Source: Halanaerobiales bacterium
GTDB taxonomy: Bacteria; Bacillota; Halanaerobiia; B1SED10-174
Assembly: GCA_003551905.1 (NCBI GenBank)
Contig: PUNT01000031.1
Location: 1-59,552 of the forward strand
Direction of reading: 5' to 3'
Length of the DNA: 59,552 nt
A model generated the notes under the pieces. The model was given only the letters and a program-made list of their open reading frames with translations. It was not told the DNA's origin and did not search any database. Numbering within the stretch: the stretch's first letter is position 1; the number at the start of each line of letters is the position of its first letter. A program made the translations under genes and the position numbers. Below, one piece after another: positions 17,875 to 27,369 of this stretch.

Positions 17875-19586
17875 CTTCTCTCCATAACCGGATCTTCGCT
17901 TCTTACTCTATTCTTATTGCCATCATTTTAATCATTCTGGGGATGGTTGTTGCTAATCTTTTAATAGACTTCTATTATCAAAACCTAGAACAACAGTTGG
18001 AAGAAACTGCCTGGCTTTTAGCACAAGAGAATATTTTCCAGGAGGACTGGAAAGGACCTGCTGCTGATATAGGTTTACGCCTTTCAGTTATTGATGATCA
18101 GGGGCAGGTTCTTTTTGATAATGAAGGTCTGGAGGAGGGCATGGATGATCACAGCAGCAGGCCAGAGATAGTAGAGGGTTATGCCGGCCGGGTGGGTATA
18201 AACAATCGTTTCAGCAGTACTCTCCAGCAGGAAATGCTTTATGTGGCTGTCCCGGTATATGATAAAGAAGATAATATAATTGGTGTGGTGAGAGTCTCTC
18301 GTCCCCTGACAGCAATTAATGAAGAGGCAAAACGTATTAGAACTATCATATTCACTGCCATAATATTTGTCCTGCCTTTGATCTGGTTTTTGAGCTTTTT
18401 TATCATTCGCTCCCTGACCAGATCATTGAGCCAGTTAACCAATAGGGCCAGGGCTATTGGCAGTGGTGAGTTTCCCCGGGCCCAGAATGTTTCTTCCTCA
18501 GATGAAATTGGCCAGCTGGAATTGGTTTTCAATGAAATGAGCAATAATCTCAAACACCTGGTTAAAAACCTGGAAAGGGAAAAAGAAAAGACTGTAAACA
18601 TTATTCGCAAGCTGCCGGTAGGTGTTCTGGTTATTGACAGAAAGGGAGAAATTTTAGCCGGCAATCCCCTATTCTACCGCCTGTTAGATATTGTCCCCCC
18701 GGACAGAAATCCCAGTTATTTGCTGAACATTACTCACGAACCTTCTCTTATTGATTTTGTCCGGGATTTATGGAAAGAAGAAGATACCCGGGAAAGAGAA
18801 ATTACACTGGATAATCCAGAGCGGCATCTGAGATTAACAGCAACCCCTCTAGATGCCGATGATTCTATGATTATTGTGGTGCAGGATATGACCAAACTCA
18901 AGAAATTGGAAGAGATGCGCAAGGAATTTGTTGCCAATGTTTCCCATGAATTACGCACCCCCCTCACTGCAATCAAGGGGTTTACCGAAACTCTATGCAG
19001 TGGCGCCTGGAAGGAGGAAGAAGCCTTAAACTTCCTGGATATTATTGAAAAAGAAACCCATCGTCTCTCCCGGCTCATAGATGATTTGCTCATCCTTTCC
19101 CGACTGGAGGCCGGCAATGATTTGACTTCAGGAACTGCCAGTTTGGATAGCTGTACTGGGAGGGCACAGGAAATACTGGGCAAAAATATTGCAGAAAAAG
19201 AACTGGAAATAATAAAAAAAATCCCCTCAGATTTACAGGCCGGGATCAATGAAGATGATATGACTCAGGTTATTTTAAATTTATTGAGCAATGCTGTTAC
19301 CTACTCACCCAGGAAGGGCAAGGTGATTATTGAAGCTGGTATTCAGGAGGGAAAAGTTTACTTCTCCGTGCAGGATGAAGGTCCTGGCATTCCTTACAAG
19401 GATCAACAAAAGGTTTTTCACCGCTTTTATCGGGTAGATAAAGCCCGGAGCAGGGAATCCGGCGGAACTGGGCTGGGCCTGGCCATTGTCAAGCATATAG
19501 CGGAAAGAGCTGGCGGGCAGGTCGAATTAGAAAGTGCTCCCGGCCATGGCAGTAATTTCACCGTTTGGCTTCCATCAATTAGTTAA
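17871..19586 (+). CDS. phoR: Sensor histidine kinase, PhoR-like
   Basis: 571 aa. ATGA overlap with the regulator. 2 TM, HAMP, PAS, H-box SHELRTPLTAIKGF, and G-boxes ...GGTGLGLAIVKHI... Confidence 0.8.
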   Translation: MTSLHNRIFASYSILIAIILIILGMVVANLLIDFYYQNLEQQLEETAWLLAQENIFQEDWKGPAADIGLRLSVIDDQGQVLFDNEGLEEGMDDHSSRPEIVEGYAGRVGINNRFSSTLQQEMLYVAVPVYDKEDNIIGVVRVSRPLTAINEEAKRIRTIIFTAIIFVLPLIWFLSFFIIRSLTRSLSQLTNRARAIGSGEFPRAQNVSSSDEIGQLELVFNEMSNNLKHLVKNLEREKEKTVNIIRKLPVGVLVIDRKGEILAGNPLFYRLLDIVPPDRNPSYLLNITHEPSLIDFVRDLWKEEDTREREITLDNPERHLRLTATPLDADDSMIIVVQDMTKLKKLEEMRKEFVANVSHELRTPLTAIKGFTETLCSGAWKEEEALNFLDIIEKETHRLSRLIDDLLILSRLEAGNDLTSGTASLDSCTGRAQEILGKNIAEKELEIIKKIPSDLQAGINEDDMTQVILNLLSNAVTYSPRKGKVIIEAGIQEGKVYFSVQDEGPGIPYKDQQKVFHRFYRVDKARSRESGGTGLGLAIVKHIAERAGGQVELESAPGHGSNFTVWLPSIS

Positions 19587-19619
19587 CAGAAATTTAACGT
19601 AGAGGAAATCTGCTCATAA

Positions 19620-19665
19620 CAACCCCCCCTTAAAATGGAGTTATCCATGGATGTAAGGGGGGTTG
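19620..19665 (+). promoter_or_regulatory. Strong stem-loop sequestering the pstB Shine-Dalgarno
   Basis: CAAC7TTA (19620-19632) pairs with TAAG6TTG (19654-19665): 12 bp with one bulged C. The 3' arm is the AAGGGGGG SD for GTG 19669. No U-tract follows. Confidence 0.5.
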
Positions 19666-19668
19666 CTC

Positions 19669-20433
19669 GTGGACAACCAAGAATCTGTTTTTAAAATTGA
19701 AGATCTCAACCTCTGGTATGGAGACAAGCATGTATTGAAAGATGTTAACCTGGAAATTCCCCGGCAGGGAGTTACTGCCATAATTGGCCCTTCAGGATGC
19801 GGAAAATCCAGCTTCCTGAAGATACTAAATCGGATGGTTGATCAGGTAAGCTCAGCTCGCTGCTATGGGAAGGTCTGGTTTAATGGCAGGAACATACTGG
19901 ATAATGGTATGGATCTGGTTAAACTTCGGAGTGAAATAGGCATGGTATTTCAACAACCCAACCCTTTTCCCAAGAGTATATTTGAAAATGTGGCATTTGG
20001 TCCCAGAGTTCATGGAGAGAGAAACCGGCAGCATTTGAATGAAATTGTGGAAAAGAGTCTCAGAGCTGCTGCTCTCTGGGATGAAGTAAACGGCAACCTA
20101 TATCACCCGGCTTTTTCCCTTTCTGGCGGACAGCAACAGCGTCTTTGCATTGCTAGAGCTCTGGCTGTAGGGCCGAAAATATTGCTCATGGATGAGCCAT
20201 GTTCAGCACTGGACCCGGTTGCAACTTCCCGGATTGAAGATTTAATTGATAGCTTGCAGGAGACCTATCCCATACTAATTGTTACTCACAACATGCAGCA
20301 GGCAGCCCGAATTTCTCATAAAACTGCTTTCTTCCTGCAGGGGGAAATAATTGAATTCAATTCTACCAGTGAATTTTTCACCAATCCCCGAGATCAGAGA
20401 ACTGAAGATTATATTACCGGACGTTTCGGATAG
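19669..20433 (+). CDS. pstB: Phosphate ABC transporter ATP-binding protein
   Basis: ...[39 protein letters not shown]..., [31 protein letters not shown] track starts at TTG 19663; GTG 19669 has the better SD spacing. Confidence 0.9.
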   Translation: MDNQESVFKIEDLNLWYGDKHVLKDVNLEIPRQGVTAIIGPSGCGKSSFLKILNRMVDQVSSARCYGKVWFNGRNILDNGMDLVKLRSEIGMVFQQPNPFPKSIFENVAFGPRVHGERNRQHLNEIVEKSLRAAALWDEVNGNLYHPAFSLSGGQQQRLCIARALAVGPKILLMDEPCSALDPVATSRIEDLIDSLQETYPILIVTHNMQQAARISHKTAFFLQGEIIEFNSTSEFFTNPRDQRTEDYITGRFG

Positions 20434-20450
20434 AATTGGGGGTGAAAGAA

Positions 20451-21107
20451 ATGGCCAGGAAGAGTTTCGCCCAGGAGTTAAACAATCTTTTTCAGGAAAT
20501 TTTGTATATGGGAGGTCTGGTTAAAAAAGATATTAAAGATACGGTGGTAGCCCTGAAAAACCATGATCTGGATTTAGCCCAGAAAGTAATTGATGGTGAT
20601 GATAAAATTGATGAACTGGAATTGCAGATTGAAGACAAATGCATGACATTAATTGCCCGACAGCAACCCATGGCCAGGGATCTTCGCCGCATTGGAACCG
20701 CTCTAAAGATAATAACCGACCTGGAGAGGATAGCTGATCATGCCAGCGGGATTGCCAGGATTACCCTTCGTATCGGTCAGGAGCCCCATATCAAACCACT
20801 GGTGGATATTCCCCGGATGGCCAGTATAGCAGAGGAGATGGTGACCAAATCTCTGCAGGCTTTCATCGATGAAGACGTTGAAAAAGCCTATGAAGTATGT
20901 GCCCTTGATGATGAAGTGGATAACCTCCATGAACAAATCATCAGGGAACTGATTACATTTATGATGGAGGATCACCGCAATATTAAACAGGCAACTCAGC
21001 TGCTATTTGTTTCCAGTTATCTGGAAAGGATAGGTGATCATGCTACTAATCTAGGGGAATGGCTGATTTTTATGGTTACAGGAGAACGGAAAGAGCTCAA
21101 TGATTAA
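20451..21107 (+). CDS. phoU: Phosphate signalling complex protein PhoU
   Basis: Two PhoU repeats (...DDKIDELE..., ...DLERIADHA... / ...DDEVDNLH..., ...YLERIGDHATN...). ATG 20451 follows GGGGGTGA. Confidence 0.9.
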   Translation: MARKSFAQELNNLFQEILYMGGLVKKDIKDTVVALKNHDLDLAQKVIDGDDKIDELELQIEDKCMTLIARQQPMARDLRRIGTALKIITDLERIADHASGIARITLRIGQEPHIKPLVDIPRMASIAEEMVTKSLQAFIDEDVEKAYEVCALDDEVDNLHEQIIRELITFMMEDHRNIKQATQLLFVSSYLERIGDHATNLGEWLIFMVTGERKELND

Positions 21108-21133
21108 AGACAGATAAAATTCTTAAGGGTGCA

Positions 21134-21162
21134 AAAAAATCCGGCTCATCACCGGATTTTTT
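21134..21162. terminator. Bidirectional terminator
   Basis: AAAAAATCCGG (21134-21144) pairs with CCGGATTTTTT (21152-21162). A-run and T-run flanks serve phoU (+) and the 21213..21722 gene (-). Confidence 0.7.
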
Positions 21163-21212
21163 ATGTGCATGTTGAATTTTTCATCCCCCCGCTAAGCTCT
21201 TCTCTTGCTCAA

Positions 21213-21722
21213 TTATTTAACCATAAAATTCTGCAGGTAATTGCAGAATTTATCGTTGGTGAGTTTTTTCCGGTGCTGATTCTCCTGTTTTTCATGAAGG
21301 AACCTCTGTATCCCATTATCCAGGGCAGCAAAGAGTTCAGTTATGTGAATGGCCTTGGCCGGGATTTCCTTCCCATCCAGAATTTTTTGCAGAGCTTCTT
21401 TATCCTGATTGCCCCAGGCATAGAAGAGATTTGTTTTGTTGCCGGTTTCTGGCACAATGGAGGTCATGATGGTGCACCTGGCATTGTAGAGTTCTTCTCC
21501 TGTGCACTGCAATGTATTCTCAGGCTTCATGTATTCATTGACCCAGTTGATATAGGCAGTACGGGTGAGTTTTTTGCTTTGCTTGGGCAGGGAAAGCCAT
21601 ACCATGGAATCTATACCAAAGTATATGAGGAGGAGACCAGGAATGATCAGTTTTTTTTCTAGACAAAAATTGATGGCACATAAGAGGTCATAAAGATTTC
21701 TTAATAGCAGGGGAGATAGCAT
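21213..21722 (-). CDS. Hypothetical protein, no family recognised
   Basis: ORF track 21213..21752. The internal ATG at 21722 is preceded by AAGGAGG at 7-nt spacing, giving 169 aa (MLSPLLLRNLYDLLCAINF...). Lower-GC surroundings. Confidence 0.6.
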   Translation of the reverse strand: MLSPLLLRNLYDLLCAINFCLEKKLIIPGLLLIYFGIDSMVWLSLPKQSKKLTRTAYINWVNEYMKPENTLQCTGEELYNARCTIMTSIVPETGNKTNLFYAWGNQDKEALQKILDGKEIPAKAIHITELFAALDNGIQRFLHEKQENQHRKKLTNDKFCNYLQNFMVK

Positions 21723-22016
21723 TGTTTTACCTCCTTTCCTTTTAGTTCCCATTACTCACTTTATCGGTTAATTTTATATTTTTTTTAGTAGCAGGGAATT
21801 AAAACAAATACTGCATAGAAAATGGAAGGAAAATTTTAAATAAAGAGGGTAAAAGGCAGGGGGGAAGAGAAACTTGAATTGTTTTAGAAAGATTATTTGA
21901 AAATATATATAAAAACATCAAGGAAAAAACTATTTCTTACAACATATTAAAGATAAATTTTTCATGAAGGAGTTTCCAGGTCAAGGAAGAAAACAAATAT
22001 AAATAACATTTTTCTC

Positions 22017-22105
22017 AAGCGAAAATGGCAAACCTGCCGAAAGGCAGGGGCGCAAAGCCATGGGCCTAAAACCAGAAGGTTAGGGCAGCCGGTTGCCGCG
22101 GAGGA
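22017..22105 (+). promoter_or_regulatory. c-di-GMP-I (GEMM-I) riboswitch aptamer
   Basis: ...AUGGCAAACCUGCCGAAAGGCAGGGGCGCAAAGCCAUGGGCCUAAAACCAGAAGGUUAGGGCAGCCGGUUGCCGCGG... matches the GEMM-I core as in Vc2 (GGCAAACC-stem-GAAA-stem-GGRCGCAAAGCC...GGCCUAAACC). It lies 5' of a GGDEF/HD-GYP gene. Confidence 0.8.
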
Positions 22106-22127
22106 ATTTAGTTCTGACTTTTTCCCG

Positions 22128-22158
22128 GGGCATCCAAGCTTGTTTTGATGCTCTTTTT
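22128..22158 (+). terminator. Riboswitch expression-platform terminator
   Basis: GGGCATC (22128-22134) pairs with GATGCTC (22147-22153), followed by TTTTT. Located 25 nt before the ATG at 22183. Confidence 0.6.
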
Positions 22159-22182
22159 CCTGTCCAGGAGGGGAAAATATAT

Positions 22183-24444
22183 ATGGAAAAAGAAAAAAGA
22201 GGTCTGACAATTTTTGCTGCAGAGGCGCTGCGAGTAATATTGAATAATATAAATGACGCAATTTTCATTCATGAACTGGATGGAACAATTATAGATGTCA
22301 ATGAAAAGATGCTGGAATTGTACAGGGTAACCAGGGAAGAAGCCCTTAAGTATTCTATTGCCGGCGATTTCTCTACCCCCAGCAATCCCCTGAGAACCCT
22401 GCCCAGAACCTGGGAGAAAGTTGTTGAAGGGGAGAAACAGGTCTTTGAATGGGAAGCCCGCAGGCCTAAAGATGGTTCCATGTTCTATGTTCAGGTGTCC
22501 TTGCATCGCTTGAGCCTGGATGACCGGTACGTGATAATGGCAGTTGTTCAGGATATAACTGAAAGGAAAAATGCTGAAAAAGTTTTGCAGAGAAGTGAGG
22601 AGATGCATCGGACCACCTTTGAAAATACTGGAACAGCCATGGCTACAATTGCTGAGGATGGCAAAATCGCCCTGGTGAATCAACAGATGGAAACCTTTAC
22701 CGGTTATTACAAAAGGGAACTGGCAGGTATGAATTACCGGAAAATAATCCATCCGGATGATCTGATAAAACTGGAACCAATACTGGATGGTGATAGTGAT
22801 GGAGAGGGTGTGGCTGGTCAGTGTGAAATCAGGATAATTAACAGGATGGGAAAGGTAAGACATGTCTTTCTCAATACCAATGTAATACCCCGGACCCGGT
22901 GGAGAGTTATGTCCAAAGTTGATATTACGGAATTTAAAAAGATGGAAAATATGTTAAAGGAAAGTAAGAATAAGGTTCAGAGAATTCACGATGTTGCTGT
23001 GAAGATGGGCAGCACCCGGAGCTGTGAGGATGTCTGTCGTCTCATAGTTGATGCCGCTAAGAGTATTTTGAACATGACCTCCTGTGCTGTTGACCTGGTT
23101 GAAGGTGATATGCTGGTGGTTAAAGCTACATCAGAGGGCGGGTTATCAATTTCTCCCCGGGATATGCCCATAGACCATGGTATAAGCGGGAAAACCTACA
23201 GCACAGGTAAGACCTTTCTCATCAATGATCTAGATGAGATGCCAGAGATAGAAAATCAGGATGACTCCAGTATCCATTCCCTTATCAGCGTACCCATTGG
23301 CAGGGTGGGTATCTTCCAGGCTGTTTCTGACAAAGCAAATGCTTTCAGCAGTCAGGATGTGGAAATGGTAGAACTGCTGGTAGCCCATGCCGCAGAGGCC
23401 ATTAAGAGAATACATTCAGAAGAAAGAATCAGGTACATGAGCTTCCATGACAGCCTTACCGGCCTTTATAATCGGGCTTTCTTTGAAGAGGAATTGAAGA
23501 GACTGGATACTAAACGTCAGCTACCTTTGAGTATTATCATTGCCGATGTCAATGGGCTGAAGCTCATTAATGACACTTTTGGCCATCAGGAGGGTGATAA
23601 AATATTAACCCGGATAACCAAGAGAATACAGGAATCCTGCCGTAAAGAGGATATTGTTTGCCGCTGGGGAGGAGATGAATTTGCCATACTCCTGCCCCGG
23701 ACCCCGGAAGAGACCTGTCAGGATATTGTCAACCGTATTGAAAAAGCTTGCAGCGGGTGTGAGAGAGGCTGGATTCCCCTGAGCATTTCCCTGGGCTGGG
23801 GTGTCAAACTGACAAAAAAGAAGAGGTTTTACGATGTTATAAAGGTAGCTGAAGAAAGAATGTATAGAAAGAAGCTCACAGAGAGTATGAATTATCGTAA
23901 CAAGGTGCTGGAATTTTTAAAAGATCACCTGTTCCAGAAGAGCAATGAAACAGAGGAACATGTGCAAGAGTTACAAAAATTGGGGGAAAGGGTGGGCGAA
24001 GCCCTCTCACTTTCAGAAGGTGAAATAAAAGAAATAAAAAGTCTGGCTGCTCTCCATGATATAGGTCATATTGCAATCCCCGAAAAGATTTTGATGAAGC
24101 CGGATAAGTTGAATGAAGATGAATGGAAAACCATCTGTCAGCACCCGGAAATTGGTTATCGCATCGTTGAAGCCAGTCCGGAAAAAGGTTCAGTTGCCTA
24201 TGGAATACTGGCCCATCACGAATGGTGGAATGGAGAAGGATACCCCCGGGGTCTTAAAGGAAAAGATATTCCCCTGACAGCCCGAATTATTTCCATAATT
24301 GATGCCTATGATGTTATGGTCAGGGGCAGACCTTATAAAGATCCTGTGAGCAAAAAAGAGGCTCTGGAGGAAATTAAAAGATGCGCTGGCAGCCAGTTCG
24401 ATCCGGAACTGGTGGAAGTTTTTTGCCAGATTGTTGAGGAGTGA
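22183..24444 (+). CDS. PAS-PAS-GAF-GGDEF-HD-GYP c-di-GMP turnover protein
   Basis: ATG 22183 after AGGAGGGG; the ORF-track start at 22093 would run through the riboswitch. ...RWGGDEFAILL (GGDEF) and ...LHDIGHIAIP..., ...HHEWWNGEGYPRGL... (HD-GYP). Confidence 0.9.
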   Translation: MEKEKRGLTIFAAEALRVILNNINDAIFIHELDGTIIDVNEKMLELYRVTREEALKYSIAGDFSTPSNPLRTLPRTWEKVVEGEKQVFEWEARRPKDGSMFYVQVSLHRLSLDDRYVIMAVVQDITERKNAEKVLQRSEEMHRTTFENTGTAMATIAEDGKIALVNQQMETFTGYYKRELAGMNYRKIIHPDDLIKLEPILDGDSDGEGVAGQCEIRIINRMGKVRHVFLNTNVIPRTRWRVMSKVDITEFKKMENMLKESKNKVQRIHDVAVKMGSTRSCEDVCRLIVDAAKSILNMTSCAVDLVEGDMLVVKATSEGGLSISPRDMPIDHGISGKTYSTGKTFLINDLDEMPEIENQDDSSIHSLISVPIGRVGIFQAVSDKANAFSSQDVEMVELLVAHAAEAIKRIHSEERIRYMSFHDSLTGLYNRAFFEEELKRLDTKRQLPLSIIIADVNGLKLINDTFGHQEGDKILTRITKRIQESCRKEDIVCRWGGDEFAILLPRTPEETCQDIVNRIEKACSGCERGWIPLSISLGWGVKLTKKKRFYDVIKVAEERMYRKKLTESMNYRNKVLEFLKDHLFQKSNETEEHVQELQKLGERVGEALSLSEGEIKEIKSLAALHDIGHIAIPEKILMKPDKLNEDEWKTICQHPEIGYRIVEASPEKGSVAYGILAHHEWWNGEGYPRGLKGKDIPLTARIISIIDAYDVMVRGRPYKDPVSKKEALEEIKRCAGSQFDPELVEVFCQIVEE

Positions 24445-24527
24445 AGGAGCAGGGTTAGATACAAAAGAAGGATATAAAGGTTCCCTGTTGAAAAATAAGG
24501 AATAGTTTGTTTTAGAAGGTGAAGTAG

Positions 24528-25628
24528 TTGAAATTAGGCCCATTTACCTTTAATTTTCCAGAACTGGCTGGGTCAACAGGGGATTGGGGGGTCTTGCTTC
24601 CCCTTGCAGCAGGTTACATTGTAGTGTGCGGTCTGGAGCCTGCTGGATTTCTTTTCGTTATTGGTCTGGCTAACCTGCTGACCGGTCTCATATTCCGCCT
24701 GCCTCTTTCCATAGAGCCCATGAAGGTGCTGGCTATAGTTGCCATTGCTCAGGCCTGGTCTCCTTCCATGATCTATTCAGCTGCTTTTGCCATGGGCGGG
24801 TTGTGGCTTTTTTTTGCGTTTTCCGGTTTGATGCAGTGGGTAGCCAGAATAACTCCGGATCCTGTGGTTATAGGCATACAGGTTTCCCTGGGTATAATTC
24901 TCATTATCAAGGCTATGGAAATGCTTTCCAGCTGGTGGATTTTAGGAATTATCTGCATTCTCATAATACTGCTTATGCGTAAAAGTAAGGTTGCACCTGC
25001 TGCCCTTGTCCTGATGATTATGGGGGGAATAATCATATGGTCCACCGGAGAATTTCAATTTTCCCGGCTTTCATTAACAGTGCCGCCTCTAACCCAATTT
25101 TACTGGCAGGACGTATGGGATAGCCTGGTGCGAGCAGGATTTGCTCAGATTCCTCTAACTGCTGCCAATGCAGTTATAGCAACTTCGGTACTGATAAAAG
25201 GGTACTGGCCGCAGCAGCAGGTACAGCCAAGGGACCTGGCCTTGAGTATGGGGTGTATTAACCTGGCTTCTTCCTTTTTAGGGGGCATACCTCTCTGCCA
25301 TGGCGCTGGTGGGCTGGCAGGCAAACATTATTTTGGGGCCAGAACTGGTGGTGCCAATATAATGGAAGGCATTATCTTCATCCTTATGGGCCTTTTTATA
25401 GCCTCATCCCTGGCAGATCTTTTTTTGATTTTCCCTGAGGCCATAATCGGGGCCATGCTTTTTATGGTGGGAGGAGAACTGATAAAGTCTGTGAAAGGCA
25501 CTGCTCCAGACTGGCAGCTCTTTCCTCTCCTCATTACAGTACTCCTTTCTGTATTTATGAATATGGCCTATGGTTTTCTAGCCGGGATTGTGGTATATTA
25601 TAGCTTAAAAAGGTGCTGGAATAAATGA
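24528..25628 (+). CDS. MOT1/SulP-related putative molybdate/sulfate transporter
   Basis: 366 aa, ~10 TM. N-terminal ...ELAGSTGDWGVLLPLAAGY... and ...LCHGAGGLAGKHYFGARTGG... are typical of the MFS_MOT1 family. TTG start after AAGGTGA. Confidence 0.65.
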   Translation: MKLGPFTFNFPELAGSTGDWGVLLPLAAGYIVVCGLEPAGFLFVIGLANLLTGLIFRLPLSIEPMKVLAIVAIAQAWSPSMIYSAAFAMGGLWLFFAFSGLMQWVARITPDPVVIGIQVSLGIILIIKAMEMLSSWWILGIICILIILLMRKSKVAPAALVLMIMGGIIIWSTGEFQFSRLSLTVPPLTQFYWQDVWDSLVRAGFAQIPLTAANAVIATSVLIKGYWPQQQVQPRDLALSMGCINLASSFLGGIPLCHGAGGLAGKHYFGARTGGANIMEGIIFILMGLFIASSLADLFLIFPEAIIGAMLFMVGGELIKSVKGTAPDWQLFPLLITVLLSVFMNMAYGFLAGIVVYYSLKRCWNK

Positions 25629-25643
25629 AGAAAGGGGGTAAGG

Positions 25644-26276
25644 GTGATGTGGGACGATCTGGAACCTGCCTGGCAGCAGGCCTTCCTGCAAGCCTGGCAA
25701 GCCTTTCTGTCTGGCTCGGTGCCAATCGGCGCTGTTATTACTGATGAAGAAGGCAGTATAATTGCCAGGGGCAGGAATCAGATTCATGAAGAGAACCCTT
25801 CAGGAGGACAGGTTTATGGCAGTGTCCTGGCCCATGCCGAGCTTAATGCCCTCTTACACCTGAAAAATAATTGGCAAACTCATTCTTACACCCTTTATAC
25901 TACCATGGAACCCTGCCCCTTATGTTTTGGCGCTCTTTATATGTCCGGGGTTAGAAATCTGATATTTGCAGCCAGAGACCGGTGGGCCGGCAGTACCGAT
26001 CTATATAATGCCACTCCCTACATGAGTAAGAAAACGTTGCAAATATCCGGACCCATAACTGCCCTGGAAGGGGTACAGATAGCTCTAAAGACCTACTTTA
26101 TACTCAATAGCTTCCCGGAAAATAGGTCAATCCTGGAATACTGGAAACAGGATGCTCCCAGGGGAGTATCACTGGGAGAACTGTGGTATAGGAAAAAGCG
26201 TTTAAGAGATATTCAGGACCGTGAGGGCATGGATAGAATTTTTGATGAAATGGTAAAGGAACTGGATCAACTCTAA
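25644..26276 (+). CDS. CMP/dCMP-type zinc deaminase (nucleoside/tRNA-adenosine/guanine deaminase family)
   Basis: ...LAHAELNAL... and ...TMEPCPLCFGAL... (H-A-E / PC-x2-C zinc motifs); ~70-aa C-terminal extension. Confidence 0.8.
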   Translation: MMWDDLEPAWQQAFLQAWQAFLSGSVPIGAVITDEEGSIIARGRNQIHEENPSGGQVYGSVLAHAELNALLHLKNNWQTHSYTLYTTMEPCPLCFGALYMSGVRNLIFAARDRWAGSTDLYNATPYMSKKTLQISGPITALEGVQIALKTYFILNSFPENRSILEYWKQDAPRGVSLGELWYRKKRLRDIQDREGMDRIFDEMVKELDQL

Positions 26277-26291
26277 AAGGAGGAGGAGAAG

Positions 26292-27293
26292 ATGGCAAAA
26301 AAAAGAGTTTTTTCTGGCATTCAACCTACAGGAAATATTCACATAGGCAACTACCTGGGGGCAATATCCCGGTGGGTAGCCACACAAAAGGAATATGAAA
26401 ATATCTTCTGCATTGTAGATCTCCATGCTATAACAGTTCCTCAGGACCCCACAGAACTCAAGAGTAAAACCCGGGAACTGCTAGGTCTTTTGCTGGCAGC
26501 AGGGATTGACCCGGACATGTCCACGTTGTTTGTGCAATCCCATGTCAAGGAACATGCAGAGCTAGCCTGGATTTTAAACTGTTTTATTCCCATGGGCTGG
26601 ATGCAGCGCATGACTCAATTTAAGGAAAAATCTCAGAAACAAAAGGAACAGGTAAGTGTTGGCCTGTTCGATTATCCGGCTCTCATGGCTTCAGATATAC
26701 TTCTCTATGACACGGATCTGGTGCCTGTGGGGGATGATCAAAAACAGCACGTGGAGCTCACCCGGGACGTGGCCCAGCGTTTTAATAGCATATATGGTCC
26801 TACCTTCAAAATTCCTGAACCCCTTATTCCTCAGGTGGGAGCGCGAATTATGGGTCTTGATGATCCCACCAGCAAGATGAGCAAGAGCGAGGATAAGCCC
26901 AGTCATGCCGTTCATCTCCTGGACACACCTGATGAAATATTGAATAAGATTCGCCGGGCTACCACTGATTCCCAGAAAGAAGTAAAATTTGATGAAAGTC
27001 GCCCGGGCATAAATAATCTCCTGGTAATATATGAGCTCTTTTCCCATAAATCCCGGCAGGAAATTGAAGATCATTTTGCCGGCAAGGGATATGCAGAAGT
27101 AAAGAATGAGCTGGCTGAACTAGTTATTGAGGGGCTAAGGCCACTGCAGGAACGCTATAAGGAGCTGACTGAAGATCCCAATGAAATTGATAGGCTGATG
27201 GAAAAAGGAGCAGAGAAGGTTAAACCAGTAGCTGCAGCTAAAGTATCTGAAGTGAAGGAAAAAGTAGGACTGGCTAGAATCTGCCAGGGATGA
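26292..27293 (+). CDS. trpS: Tryptophan--tRNA ligase
   Basis: ...[18 protein letters not shown]... (HIGH-type) and ...KMSKS... motifs. 333 aa. SD AAAGGAGGAGG. Confidence 0.95.
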   Translation: MAKKRVFSGIQPTGNIHIGNYLGAISRWVATQKEYENIFCIVDLHAITVPQDPTELKSKTRELLGLLLAAGIDPDMSTLFVQSHVKEHAELAWILNCFIPMGWMQRMTQFKEKSQKQKEQVSVGLFDYPALMASDILLYDTDLVPVGDDQKQHVELTRDVAQRFNSIYGPTFKIPEPLIPQVGARIMGLDDPTSKMSKSEDKPSHAVHLLDTPDEILNKIRRATTDSQKEVKFDESRPGINNLLVIYELFSHKSRQEIEDHFAGKGYAEVKNELAELVIEGLRPLQERYKELTEDPNEIDRLMEKGAEKVKPVAAAKVSEVKEKVGLARICQG

Positions 27294-27369
27294 AAAAAGG
27301 TTAGATTTGATCTTATGCAGCAACGACAGAAATTTAACAGCAATGCTCGGACTAAAAGGAGGAAACAAA

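Noticed and set aside
21129-21662. 177-aa plus-strand ORF
   Set aside because: It is antisense to the better-supported 21213..21722 gene, starts inside the bidirectional terminator, has no SD and has a low-complexity hydrophobic composition.
22093-22182. N-terminal 30-codon extension of the PAS-GGDEF-HD-GYP ORF
   Set aside because: It overlaps the c-di-GMP riboswitch 3' half and its terminator. ATG 22183 has a proper AGGAGGGG SD.
26277-26291. T-box leader upstream of trpS
   Set aside because: Only 15 nt separate the deaminase stop from the trpS start, which leaves no room for a T-box. trpS is probably co-transcribed.
27307-27369. 21-codon N-terminal extension of the E2 ORF
   Set aside because: ATG 27370 is preceded by AAAGGAGGA and starts exactly at the lipoyl-domain consensus (MATLFKMPKFG…). 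The extension has no support.
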